Below, one piece after another: positions 46,133-55,372 of a stretch of DNA of 64,000 nucleotides. The translations under genes and the position numbers were made by a program. The notes under the pieces are model-generated. The model saw only the letters and a program-made list of their open reading frames with translations. It was not told where the DNA came from and searched no databases. The stretch comes from a bacterium (GTDB lineage: Bacteria; Bacillota_I; Bacilli_A; RFN20; CAG-288). Every line of letters begins with the position of its first letter. Position 1 is the stretch's first letter. The stretch is from positions 8,953-72,952 of the forward strand of contig CAVKZJ010000007.1 in the NCBI GenBank assembly GCA_963660905.1. Reading direction: 5' to 3'.

Positions 46133-48889
46133 ATGAAACAAGCCACAAGAAAAGAGAATTCATTCAATCTCACCAGCAAGAGAATCGATTCATTCTCAAG
46201 AAAAAGCATCGAAGAAATCATTGAGGAATTCCATGTAGACCCTCTATCCGGCTTAACGGATAATCAAGTCGAGGAATCCTATCAGCAATATGGTTCCAAT
46301 GCCCTTAAAAAAGCCAAAAAAGATTCAAGATTCGTCAAATTCATCAAATCATTTCTCACTTTGTTCAATCTCATCCTGTTTATCATCGCCCTTTTGAATG
46401 GATTCATTTCCTATTATTTTCCAGAATCAGAAAATGACAAGGCAACCTTCTATGTCACCCCGCTGATCATCCTTATCATCATCTTTCTTTCCTCATTGAT
46501 CAGTTATCGGGAAAATCTGAAATCCGAGCGTTCCGCAGCCTGTCTGAACGACCTCTCCGCCACGACATCCACCGTCATCCGAAATGGAAAGAAAGTCGAA
46601 ATCCACAATGATGACCTGGTCGTCGGAGACATCGTCTATTTTTCCTCTGGAGACATGGTTCCAGCCGAGATTCGAATCCTACAGGCGAGAGATCTCTATG
46701 TCTATCAATCCAGTCTGACAGGGGAATCCATTCCTGTGGAAAAGAAGGCCGAACCTCCACTCCAGGAAAAAGAAAATCACAGCCCATTCGATTTACAGAA
46801 CATTCTCTTCAACGGGTCAAGCATCATATCCGGAAGCGGATGCGGCATCGTTTTTGCCATTTCAAGCCAGACCATCTTCGGTCAGCTCAATGACAAGGTC
46901 ATCCAGACAAAGCAGAACACCGCTTTCCAATCTGGTATCCATTCCATCACAAAACTGCTTCTCGTCCTGATTTGCATTCTCGTCCCGATCATCTTCCTGA
47001 TCGATGGATTCGACTTCCATTGGGAAAACGGCCTCTTTGTCATCGGAAACTATGCCTCCTATTCGAATTGGATCAGCGCCTTCGTCTTTTCCATCTCCGT
47101 TGCCATCTGCCTGATTCCTTCTTTGCTTCCGATGCAGATTGCATCCAACCTGGCAAAAGGAGCACTCAACATGTCCAAGAAGGATGTCATCGTCAAGGAC
47201 ATCAATACGATCTTCAACTTTGGGAGCATGGATGTGCTCTGCACGGACAAGACGGGAACTTTGACAGAAAACTCATCCACACTGAGTGAATACTTCGATA
47301 TCGAATCGAAATCATCCATAAAGATTCTTCGTTTAGCCTATCTCAACAGTTATTTTCAGACCGGCATCAAATCGATTATCGACCAGTCTATCATCCAGTG
47401 TGCGTCTTCCAATAAGGCCGTCTCTCAAATGGTGAATGAAGGAATCACCAAGTTGGATGAAATCCCATTTGACTTCAATCGAAAAAGACTCACTGTCCTT
47501 CTACAAGATGCGAAGGGAAAGAGATTCCTTGTCTCAAAAGGGTCTGTCGATAGCATGATGGAAGTCCTTTCCTATGTCAAAACCTCCTCCGGAATCCGAG
47601 ATATCACAAAAGAAGATATTCAGAGAATCAAGAATATGGCTAAAGAAGAGTCCTCAAAAGGAAAAAGAACACTTATTTTAGCAACAAAAGATGTTTCTCT
47701 TGATCAAATTCAAAAAGAAGATGAATGTGCTTTGACTTTCATCGGATTCCTTTCCTTTGAGGATACACCAAAAAAGCAAGCAAAGATTGCCATCGATGCC
47801 CTAAAGGAATACGGAGTCAATATCAAGATTCTCACAGGGGATTCCCTAGATAGTTCCTTAGCCATCACAAGAGCCCTCAAAATGGATGAAATCAGTGCCC
47901 TGACCGGATATGAAATCGCTAGGATGGATGATTCCACGCTGCAGAAAGAAGTGGACACTCACAATCTCTTTGTGAAACTGACACCCCAGGACAAGGAAAG
48001 AATCGTCCAGGCATTGAAGAGAAACAGACACATTGTCGGGTTCATGGGTGATGGCATCAATGATGCGGCAGCGCTCAAGAGTGCGGATATCGGCATTTCC
48101 TTCAAAGATGCCACAGACATCGCCAAGCAGGCAGCCGATATCATCATGCTGAAAAATGACCTTTCCGTCTTGAAAGATGGCATCATCGAAGGAAGAAAAT
48201 CCTATCTGAATATGATGAAGTACGTCAAAGGACAGACCTCCTCAAATTTCGGAAACATGATTTCCCAATCCATCGGCGCCCTCTGGTTGCCTTTTGCTCC
48301 TTTGAAAGCAGTCCATATCATACTTTTGGACATCATCAGCGATATCTCCTGCTCCATGATTCCTTTTGACAATGTTGATGAAAAGGATATACGCCAACCA
48401 CTGAATTTCTCCCTTTCCCAAATCCGAAGCTTCATGTTCTTATTCGGGCCGCTCTCCAGTCTTGTGGATATGACTTCCTTTGCTCTTCTCATGTATGTCA
48501 TCTGCCCCTTCATGTTAAAAACGAATGGCGTTGTCTATACGAATTATGAAAGTCTCGATAGTTCTAGTAAGCTTCTCTTCTTAACCATCTTCCAGAGTGG
48601 ATTCTTCATTGAATCCCTGATTACACAGAATGTTGTCTTCAGTTTCCTTCGTTCCGATCGCACTCCTTTTTTCAAGTCGAGACCTTCCATCACCCTCTTT
48701 TTAGGCATCGTCGTCTCCTGCCTGATCGGCTTCTTTGTCGTTTATGTCCCAGGCGTGAATGAATCGCTTGACCTTGTCAGCATCACTCCCTACTTCATTC
48801 TGATTCTGCTTGCAGAAGTCCTTGCATATGGAATTATGACGCAATTCGCAAAAAAACTCTACGTCAAAAAATATGGAAGACTCCTATAG
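46133..48889 (+). CDS. mgtA: Magnesium-translocating P-type ATPase (MgtA/MgtB type)
   Basis: 918 aa with the cation-ATPase N-terminus (IEEIIEEFHVDPLSGLTDNQVEESYQQYGSNAL), TGES, the phosphorylation site CTDKTGTLT, MGDGINDAAALKSADIGISF and 10 TM segments. GGAGG RBS. Confidence 0.85.
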   Translation: MKQATRKENSFNLTSKRIDSFSRKSIEEIIEEFHVDPLSGLTDNQVEESYQQYGSNALKKAKKDSRFVKFIKSFLTLFNLILFIIALLNGFISYYFPESENDKATFYVTPLIILIIIFLSSLISYRENLKSERSAACLNDLSATTSTVIRNGKKVEIHNDDLVVGDIVYFSSGDMVPAEIRILQARDLYVYQSSLTGESIPVEKKAEPPLQEKENHSPFDLQNILFNGSSIISGSGCGIVFAISSQTIFGQLNDKVIQTKQNTAFQSGIHSITKLLLVLICILVPIIFLIDGFDFHWENGLFVIGNYASYSNWISAFVFSISVAICLIPSLLPMQIASNLAKGALNMSKKDVIVKDINTIFNFGSMDVLCTDKTGTLTENSSTLSEYFDIESKSSIKILRLAYLNSYFQTGIKSIIDQSIIQCASSNKAVSQMVNEGITKLDEIPFDFNRKRLTVLLQDAKGKRFLVSKGSVDSMMEVLSYVKTSSGIRDITKEDIQRIKNMAKEESSKGKRTLILATKDVSLDQIQKEDECALTFIGFLSFEDTPKKQAKIAIDALKEYGVNIKILTGDSLDSSLAITRALKMDEISALTGYEIARMDDSTLQKEVDTHNLFVKLTPQDKERIVQALKRNRHIVGFMGDGINDAAALKSADIGISFKDATDIAKQAADIIMLKNDLSVLKDGIIEGRKSYLNMMKYVKGQTSSNFGNMISQSIGALWLPFAPLKAVHIILLDIISDISCSMIPFDNVDEKDIRQPLNFSLSQIRSFMFLFGPLSSLVDMTSFALLMYVICPFMLKTNGVVYTNYESLDSSSKLLFLTIFQSGFFIESLITQNVVFSFLRSDRTPFFKSRPSITLFLGIVVSCLIGFFVVYVPGVNESLDLVSITPYFILILLAEVLAYGIMTQFAKKLYVKKYGRLL

Positions 48890-48924
48890 AATCATCAAGT
48901 CGCATTTCAATGGAATTTCAAAAA

Positions 48925-49809
48925 TTACTTTTCAGTCAGGGAAAAGATGACCTCGTCGATCTTCTCATAGGCGGAAAGAATATCTCCACTTCCTTCCGTT
49001 TTCTCCTTTGAGGAGAGAAGGGCTGCCTCGTGGATGACACGGTCCGCAAGCAAAACGCAGTCTTCCGTCTTCAGTCTTTTCTCTCCATAGGCAAGAATGC
49101 CTGCAAGATACCCAGCCAATCCATCTCCGCTTCCCGCTTTCGCAAGGGAAGGCGTGCTTGAATAGGAATCCGATGGAAAAACTTCCCCTTTCTGATTGAC
49201 AAAAAGAGAATGATTGGACTTCAAAAGAAGATTGCAGGAATGACAAAGGGCGTAATTCCTAGCATATGGAAGATAATCCTCTGGATTTCGTGAATGAATC
49301 TCTGCTTGAAGAAGCAGTCTTGCCTCGCCAAGATGCGGAGTCAAAAAAATATTCGGCATCTTTTTGTCTTTCTTTTCGTCAAGCCTGGCAAATATCTTGA
49401 TTCCTGTTGCATCCAAGATCAAATTTTTCGAGTAATGCGATAAGAGGAAGGATAAGACTTTTTCATTTTCCACACAGTCACAAATCCCATTGCCAAACAG
49501 AATCGCCGAATAGTCCATGCATATTCTTTTGAGGTGTTCTTCCTCATAGGAAAGAAAATCCCCATCCTGGTTTGTCGGTTCAAAGATATTCGTCAGAATG
49601 CTTTTTGTCGCCACAATCCCATAAATGGAAGAAGGAATTCCCAAAGAGACATAACCGACACCCGACTTCGAAGCGAAAAAAGAAGAAATCAAAGGAGCAT
49701 TCGGATACTGCTTTGAGCCACCTAAAATGAGGACTTTTCCAAAATCATTCTTGATGGAACTGCTTTCTCGGTGGCAATAAAGACAGGCAAGATTCTCCTC
49801 AAAGCCCAT
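48925..49809 (-). CDS. nnrD: ADP-dependent NAD(P)H-hydrate dehydratase (YjeF C-terminal / carbohydrate-kinase-like)
   Basis: KVLILGGSKQYPNAPLISSFFASKSGVGYVSL, ILDATG, LTPHLGEARLL and GSGDGLAGYLAGILA are typical NnrD blocks. Confidence 0.7.
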   Translation of the reverse strand: MGFEENLACLYCHRESSSIKNDFGKVLILGGSKQYPNAPLISSFFASKSGVGYVSLGIPSSIYGIVATKSILTNIFEPTNQDGDFLSYEEEHLKRICMDYSAILFGNGICDCVENEKVLSFLLSHYSKNLILDATGIKIFARLDEKKDKKMPNIFLTPHLGEARLLLQAEIHSRNPEDYLPYARNYALCHSCNLLLKSNHSLFVNQKGEVFPSDSYSSTPSLAKAGSGDGLAGYLAGILAYGEKRLKTEDCVLLADRVIHEAALLSSKEKTEGSGDILSAYEKIDEVIFSLTEK

Positions 49810-49814
49810 AAGTT

Positions 49815-50690
49815 TTATTTCATTCCTTTCAGTTTGTTCATCGTCGACTTATATGTTTTCTTATAGGAAGCCTTTGGACATGACTTTCTGCAATCCAATA
49901 GAATCTGTTTTTTCAAAGCATGCGAAGCCTTCATCTTCTTGAGGAATTCTGGATTCTGTACAGATAGAAACCCATAGAATTTCTCAAGACAAAGAAGATG
50001 CGGATGAAGCCAATCCTTGCTTGAGGCCATCGTCGAAGAAGAATGTTGACGATAAGAATAATTCGACTCCCTCATGAAGAGAACGTGATCCGCTTCATAA
50101 AGAGCATGATAGAGGAAAAGCATATCCTCATACATCTTCATGTCGCAATCGAAGAAGAGATGATTCCGAAGAAGGAATTCTCTTTTGAAGATTCCACCCC
50201 AACAATAGCCGCGATAGTAATCGCATCGACGATAAAAAGAAAGAAGAGCATCTTTTCCTCTTCCATCGAAATGGACATTTTTTGCCTTTTTTGCCTCACC
50301 GGAATCCTGAAGAAATTCATATCCCGAGAAGACGATTTGAAGGGATTCGTCTTCTTTTGCTTTCTTATACAGGGAAGAAAGAAAAGTCGGCTTCAAAAGA
50401 TCATCCCCATCCACAAAAGAAACATATTCCCCAATAGAATGAAGAATCCCAAGATTTCTTGCAAAGGAGATTCCTTTGTTCTCATTATAATGAAACCAAT
50501 CGATTTTATCAGGATATCTTTCCTGATAGATTCTACAGATTTCATCACTTCCATCATCGCTTCCCGTTTCCAATAGAAGGATGCGGAAAGGTTCATGAAA
50601 ATCCTGCTGAAGAATGCTCTTGATACATTCTTCAAGATAATCTTTGACACGATAGACCGGTATGATGATTGATAAAGCTGTTTTGTACAT
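49815..50690 (-). CDS. Glycosyltransferase family 2
   Basis: LSIIIPVYRVKDYLEECIKSILQQ...; ARNLGILHSIGEYVSFVDGDDLL (DxD region). Confidence 0.8.
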   Translation of the reverse strand: MYKTALSIIIPVYRVKDYLEECIKSILQQDFHEPFRILLLETGSDDGSDEICRIYQERYPDKIDWFHYNENKGISFARNLGILHSIGEYVSFVDGDDLLKPTFLSSLYKKAKEDESLQIVFSGYEFLQDSGEAKKAKNVHFDGRGKDALLSFYRRCDYYRGYCWGGIFKREFLLRNHLFFDCDMKMYEDMLFLYHALYEADHVLFMRESNYSYRQHSSSTMASSKDWLHPHLLCLEKFYGFLSVQNPEFLKKMKASHALKKQILLDCRKSCPKASYKKTYKSTMNKLKGMK

Positions 50691-50736
50691 AAGAATATTT
50701 TAGTGGATAGAAAAATAGAACAAAAGAACTTTTCGA

Positions 50737-51429
50737 CTATTCATCATGATTTTCGCCGATATAGTCCTTGAATTCGTTGATAAGATTTTTCACCATGGTA
50801 TATATGGTGGAATAGGGTTCCTTTACGATTTCACAGATTTGCTGCACCGTATAGTTATTAAGATAGAGCGTGAAAATCTCTCTTTTCCGCAAAGAAAGCT
50901 TGCTGATGTATTCCCTGAGATCGACGCTGGTCGCTCGATTTTGAAACACATTTTCCTCATTGTTTGCGTCGGAAAGAAGAGAAACTGCCTCGACATAGGA
51001 AACTCGTTTTCCAAGCACTTCCGACTCTCTCTGATAGCGGACGCTTTCTTTCCAACCCATCCACGTCATATTTTTCTTGTACATCCTGCGGAAGAGATGA
51101 AGGAAATCCCCTTTTTCCGGATCATAGATCGCAATCGCCTTTTTTAGAAGAGCCATCATGCGAAAATAGCAGTCATCGAAATCGAGATTGGGGTTTCGAT
51201 TGCAGAAGGAAGTGACCATTTTTTTGATATTCACAGCCATGCGGCTAATCAATTCCCCAAATGCTTCCGGCTCATATTTTGCCTGCATCACCAATTCATC
51301 AAAAGACATGCAATCATAGAGATAGGATTTGGTCTGTGTGAATTCCCCATCAGTTTTCTCGGTTTGCATCTCATCATAAAGCTGGTTTATCCATTTAGGA
51401 CTTTCAACCGAATAAATTTTTGCATTCAA
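50737..51429 (-). CDS. Sigma-70-family RNA polymerase sigma factor (SigH-like by position)
   Basis: 230 aa with a region-2-like segment (FGELISRMAVNIKKMV...DDCYFRMMALLKKAIAIYDPEKGDFLHLF) and a region-4 HTH (LSLRKREIFTLYLNNYTVQQICEIVKEPYSTIYTMVKN). It lies next to rlmB, as sigH does in Bacillus. The TTG start lies 9 nt after GAGGAGG. Confidence 0.6.
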   Translation of the reverse strand: MNAKIYSVESPKWINQLYDEMQTEKTDGEFTQTKSYLYDCMSFDELVMQAKYEPEAFGELISRMAVNIKKMVTSFCNRNPNLDFDDCYFRMMALLKKAIAIYDPEKGDFLHLFRRMYKKNMTWMGWKESVRYQRESEVLGKRVSYVEAVSLLSDANNEENVFQNRATSVDLREYISKLSLRKREIFTLYLNNYTVQQICEIVKEPYSTIYTMVKNLINEFKDYIGENHDE

Positions 51430-51474
51430 AATCTATATACCTCCTCAAAGAATTGAAAGAAAAAAATAAAATTA

Positions 51475-52212
51475 TCACGAATGTTTTCTACGATACGAAT
51501 TAATTTCACTCAAGAAAACGGCACAGGCAATCGAAGCGTTGAGCGCCTTGACTTTTCCTGGAAGTGGAATGCTCGCGACGAAATCAGAATGTTCTCTAAC
51601 CAAGCGGGAAACACCAAATCCTTCGGATCCAATCACAAGAACGATTTTCCCTTTATAATTGATCTGATCATAAACATCCTTTCCTTCCCCGGCACTGCTG
51701 ACAACCCAATAGCCTTCTTTCTTCAGCGTCTCAAGCGTCTGAGAAAGATTTGTAACCTGGACAATCGGGACAACTTCCTCGCCTCCGGTGGCAATCTTCG
51801 AAACAGTTCCCGTGACAGGAACCTGACGATTCTTTCCAATGATGATTCCATCCACATCAAAAGCACAGCTCGAACGTATGATTGAACCGAAATTGACCGG
51901 ATCTTCCAATCCATCGAGCATGACAATCGTAGAATCCGATTTCTCCTTGACAAGAGAAAGAAGTTCATCAAGAGGTGTATACCTAAATTCCATCAAAGAG
52001 GCCACAACCCCCTGATGATTGGCATTGTCAACCATGTGGGCAAGTTGGCCATTGTTTGTCATTTTAACCGGAATACCTTTCTTTTGCGCCAACGAGAGAA
52101 TCTCTTTGTCGGGATGCTCGGAATTCAAGAAAACGTGCACAACTTTTCTTTTTCCAGTCAAAGCATTTTTAACAGGTATTTTTCCATACACAAGATTCGT
52201 ATTATCCATCAT
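51475..52212 (-). CDS. rlmB: 23S rRNA (guanosine-2'-O-)-methyltransferase RlmB (TrmH family group 3)
   Basis: 245 aa with an N-terminal substrate-binding domain (VYGKIPVKNAL) and SpoU motifs (LDGLEDPVNFGSIIRS, LVIGSEGFGVSRLV, SLNASIACAVFLSE). Confidence 0.8.
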   Translation of the reverse strand: MMDNTNLVYGKIPVKNALTGKRKVVHVFLNSEHPDKEILSLAQKKGIPVKMTNNGQLAHMVDNANHQGVVASLMEFRYTPLDELLSLVKEKSDSTIVMLDGLEDPVNFGSIIRSSCAFDVDGIIIGKNRQVPVTGTVSKIATGGEEVVPIVQVTNLSQTLETLKKEGYWVVSSAGEGKDVYDQINYKGKIVLVIGSEGFGVSRLVREHSDFVASIPLPGKVKALNASIACAVFLSEINSYRRKHS

Positions 52213-52417
52213 GATGATCTCCTTAGAAAGACCTGAAATAAGACTACCAATATTAATAATTGCAAAATCAGAGCAAACTTCAAGCCATATTTTTTCTCAC
52301 AAGAAAAAATATACCAAATTGTTCGTTAAATTGCTTTATTTCCTTAAGAAGTTTTTTCTCTTCTTGCCAAAAAGAAGAAACAAGTTCACTCTTCATTTTT
52401 CCCATTGTGAGATTGAT

Positions 52418-55372
52418 ATGCCTTATAATAATGTCATGCCATACCAATTGAACACGATATCAGAATATTCCTTTTATCGCTCAAGCCTTCGTATCGAACA
52501 ATATGCTAAAAGAGCCGCCATGCTCGGCTATAGTGGAATCGCCGTTTCGGATGAAAATCTCTACGCATATCCAAGTCTCGCCGAGCAATGCAAGAAATAC
52601 AATCTGAAGGCCATATTCGGATATCAGTTTTCCATTTCTTCCTCTAACGGACTCAGCTACCTATCCAACCTCTATGTCCTAAATGAAAAAGGATATGAAA
52701 ATTTATGCCTTCTTATAAGCAGGAACAAGAAAGAATTCTCTCTCGAGGAACTTTTGTCTTTCCATGAAGGATTGGCCTTAGTATTGAATACCGATATCAC
52801 ATATTTTGACGAAACATTCTTGAATGAAAACGCACGCGATTTCCTTGCCATGGACAAAATCTTCCATGATTGCTTCTACTTCGGAATCAGCCTTTCCTCT
52901 TCGTTCGATAGAGAAAAGGCGGAAGCACTCTATCAATTCCTGAAAGAAGGAAAATACCAGTCCATCGCTTTTCCTCATGTGGAATACCTGAAAAAAGAAG
53001 ATGCCTTGCAGGTCGAGCTACTTCGGCTCGCCAAAGAAGAAAAGAAAGACATCGATATCGAAACGCTAAAAAAAGAAGGTCCTTATTTTCTTCTCTCACC
53101 AAAAGTCCTCACATCCCTTTATCGAAAAGAAGATGTCCTACAGGCTGAAGAATTCGGAAAGAGAATCCAATTTGATTTCTTAAAAAAAAGAGGACAGCTG
53201 ATTCATTTTGAAAACGAGGATGAAGTCTTAAAGGAAAAAGCCACAAAAGGTCTAAAAGAAAGGCTTTCTGTTTCTTTGATTAGCCAAGAATATCTAGACC
53301 GCCTCTCCTATGAATTGTACGTCATTGAGAAAATGCATTTCTCAAGTTATTTTCTCCTTGTCGAAGACTACGTCTGCTTTGCACATCAATCGAACATAAA
53401 AGTTGGACCAGGAAGAGGATCAGCCGGCGGATCACTCGTCGCTTTTTCTCTCGGAATCACTTCTGTAGATCCCATCCGCTTTCATCTTACATTCGAAAGA
53501 TTTCTCAACCCTGAACGCGTCACGATGCCGGATATCGATATCGATTTCGAGGATGAAAGAAGAAATGAAATCGTCACTTATCTCAAGCAGAAGTACGGAG
53601 AGGAGAGGGTCAGTGATATCATCACGTTTGTACGGCTCAAACCCAAATCCGTTCTCAATCTTTTAGGCCCTGTCTTGAATGTCAATCCAAATCACCTAAA
53701 GAAGCTCACCCAGGCTGTCTCCGACAAAGCCAGCACTTTCGACCAGGCAAAAAAAGATTCCTTCAAGGGACAAAGGTTCCTTTCCTTATATAACGATCCA
53801 TACTATAAGAAAATGTGTGATCTTTCCGAAATGCTTTTAGGACTCCCCATCAACACCTCTATCCATGCACCGGGTGTCATTCTTTCTGAAAGAGCCATCT
53901 ATAAATCCTGTCCGATGAAACAGGGGAAAACCGGAACCGTCGCCTACGAGTATCCCTATATGGAGCAATTAGGCTTCTTGAAGGTCGATATTCTTGCCCT
54001 GAGCAATCTGACATTTCTCAAGAAAATCGAAAAAAGAATCACTGCGAACCAGAAAATGATTCCAGAGATTCTCTCTGACTTGGAAAACAAGGCAGTCTAT
54101 GCCACACTGAATCAGCTTTCCCTTGTCGATATTTTCCAGTTGGAATCCTATGGCATGCGAAAGACGATCAAAACCCTCAAGCCGAATAGTTTTTCGGATT
54201 TAGCCAGTGCGATTGCTCTCTTCCGTCCTGGCCCGATGGATTATATCCCCGAATTTGCAAAAAGAAAGGAAAATCCATCCCTGATTGAATATAAATCGCC
54301 GCTCCTGAAGCCGATCTTAGAGGAAACCTATGGCATCATGGTCTACCAAGAGCAGATTATGGAAGCAGTGAAAGCCTTGGCTGGCTTTTCCTTGGCAGAA
54401 GCCGATCTATTCAGAAGAGCGATTTCCAAAAAGCAGATCTCGAAAATGGAAGCCTATCATGCAAAATTCATTCAAGGATGTGAAAAAAATTCATTAAGCA
54501 AGCAAACTGCAGAAGACATCTTCAAGGATATCGAAAAATTTGCAGAATATGGGTTCAACAAATCCCATGCCTATAGCTATTCTCTCATCACCTATACGCT
54601 TCTTTATTACAAAACATTTTTCAAAGAAGAATTCTATCTTTGTGCTCTCGAGCAAGAAAATCTAAGTTCCCCAAAAACTGACCTGCTTCTCAATGAACTG
54701 AGCCAATATGGCATCCGGCTTAAAGGGCCCAGCATTTCTCTTTCCGATGCAAATGAATACAAATTCATAGGCAAACAGATTTATCCGCCACTGAATCTGA
54801 TTTGCCAAAGCGAAACGCTTCTTTCCCTGATTCTGTCCGAGCGAGAAAGGAAACCCTTCACTTCCTTCTATGATTTTCTCTTCCGCACCCAAAATGTCCT
54901 TCTCGAGAAAGAACAGAAAATCATTCTGAAAATGATCGATGCCGGCTGCTTCGATGATTTCTCCAAGTCCAGACTCGGCATGAAGAATCGACTCTCCACC
55001 TATCTTAATTTCGCCCATTTCGGCATGGATGAAACACAAGTCCCACCCATACGGGATGACGGGGAAGATATCGGAGAAATGCTCTATCTTGAGAAAATGG
55101 CCTTAGGAAGAATCCTCTCCTGTCGACTGAAACAAATCTATTCCATGGAAGGATATGAGACATTTCTCATCAGCGATACATCCCTCTTGGAAATCAGCCG
55201 CCTCGTCCAAATCGAAAGCGAAGGGAAGAGTTATCGCCTTTTTGTCACTTCAGACAAAGATTTTGAGAAATACGATTTCCTTCTGATTCGAGCGAATTTC
55301 TCAAGAAAAGAAAACTACATCCACCCAGAAAAGATGATGAACAAGAAAAGAAAGGTAGTCAAACATGAATAA
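52418..55372 (+). CDS. dnaE: DNA polymerase III alpha subunit DnaE
   Basis: PHP domain (SEYSFYRSSLRIEQYAKRAAMLGYSGIAVSDENLY), the polymerase core (GPGRGSAGGSLVAFSLGITSVDP, FERFLNPERVTMPDIDIDF) and fingers/HhH blocks (FRPGPMDYIPEF, YGFNKSHAYSY). The start is ATG 52418 or 52436. The 1117-aa track ORF runs back across rlmB and is rejected. Confidence 0.9.
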   Translation: MPYNNVMPYQLNTISEYSFYRSSLRIEQYAKRAAMLGYSGIAVSDENLYAYPSLAEQCKKYNLKAIFGYQFSISSSNGLSYLSNLYVLNEKGYENLCLLISRNKKEFSLEELLSFHEGLALVLNTDITYFDETFLNENARDFLAMDKIFHDCFYFGISLSSSFDREKAEALYQFLKEGKYQSIAFPHVEYLKKEDALQVELLRLAKEEKKDIDIETLKKEGPYFLLSPKVLTSLYRKEDVLQAEEFGKRIQFDFLKKRGQLIHFENEDEVLKEKATKGLKERLSVSLISQEYLDRLSYELYVIEKMHFSSYFLLVEDYVCFAHQSNIKVGPGRGSAGGSLVAFSLGITSVDPIRFHLTFERFLNPERVTMPDIDIDFEDERRNEIVTYLKQKYGEERVSDIITFVRLKPKSVLNLLGPVLNVNPNHLKKLTQAVSDKASTFDQAKKDSFKGQRFLSLYNDPYYKKMCDLSEMLLGLPINTSIHAPGVILSERAIYKSCPMKQGKTGTVAYEYPYMEQLGFLKVDILALSNLTFLKKIEKRITANQKMIPEILSDLENKAVYATLNQLSLVDIFQLESYGMRKTIKTLKPNSFSDLASAIALFRPGPMDYIPEFAKRKENPSLIEYKSPLLKPILEETYGIMVYQEQIMEAVKALAGFSLAEADLFRRAISKKQISKMEAYHAKFIQGCEKNSLSKQTAEDIFKDIEKFAEYGFNKSHAYSYSLITYTLLYYKTFFKEEFYLCALEQENLSSPKTDLLLNELSQYGIRLKGPSISLSDANEYKFIGKQIYPPLNLICQSETLLSLILSERERKPFTSFYDFLFRTQNVLLEKEQKIILKMIDAGCFDDFSKSRLGMKNRLSTYLNFAHFGMDETQVPPIRDDGEDIGEMLYLEKMALGRILSCRLKQIYSMEGYETFLISDTSLLEISRLVQIESEGKSYRLFVTSDKDFEKYDFLLIRANFSRKENYIHPEKMMNKKRKVVKHE

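Noticed and set aside
52019-52417. Upstream extension of the DnaE ORF (the track gives 1117 aa from 52019)
   Set aside because: It runs antisense across the 5' end of rlmB and the divergent promoter region. The PHP domain begins right after the ATGs at 52418/52436.
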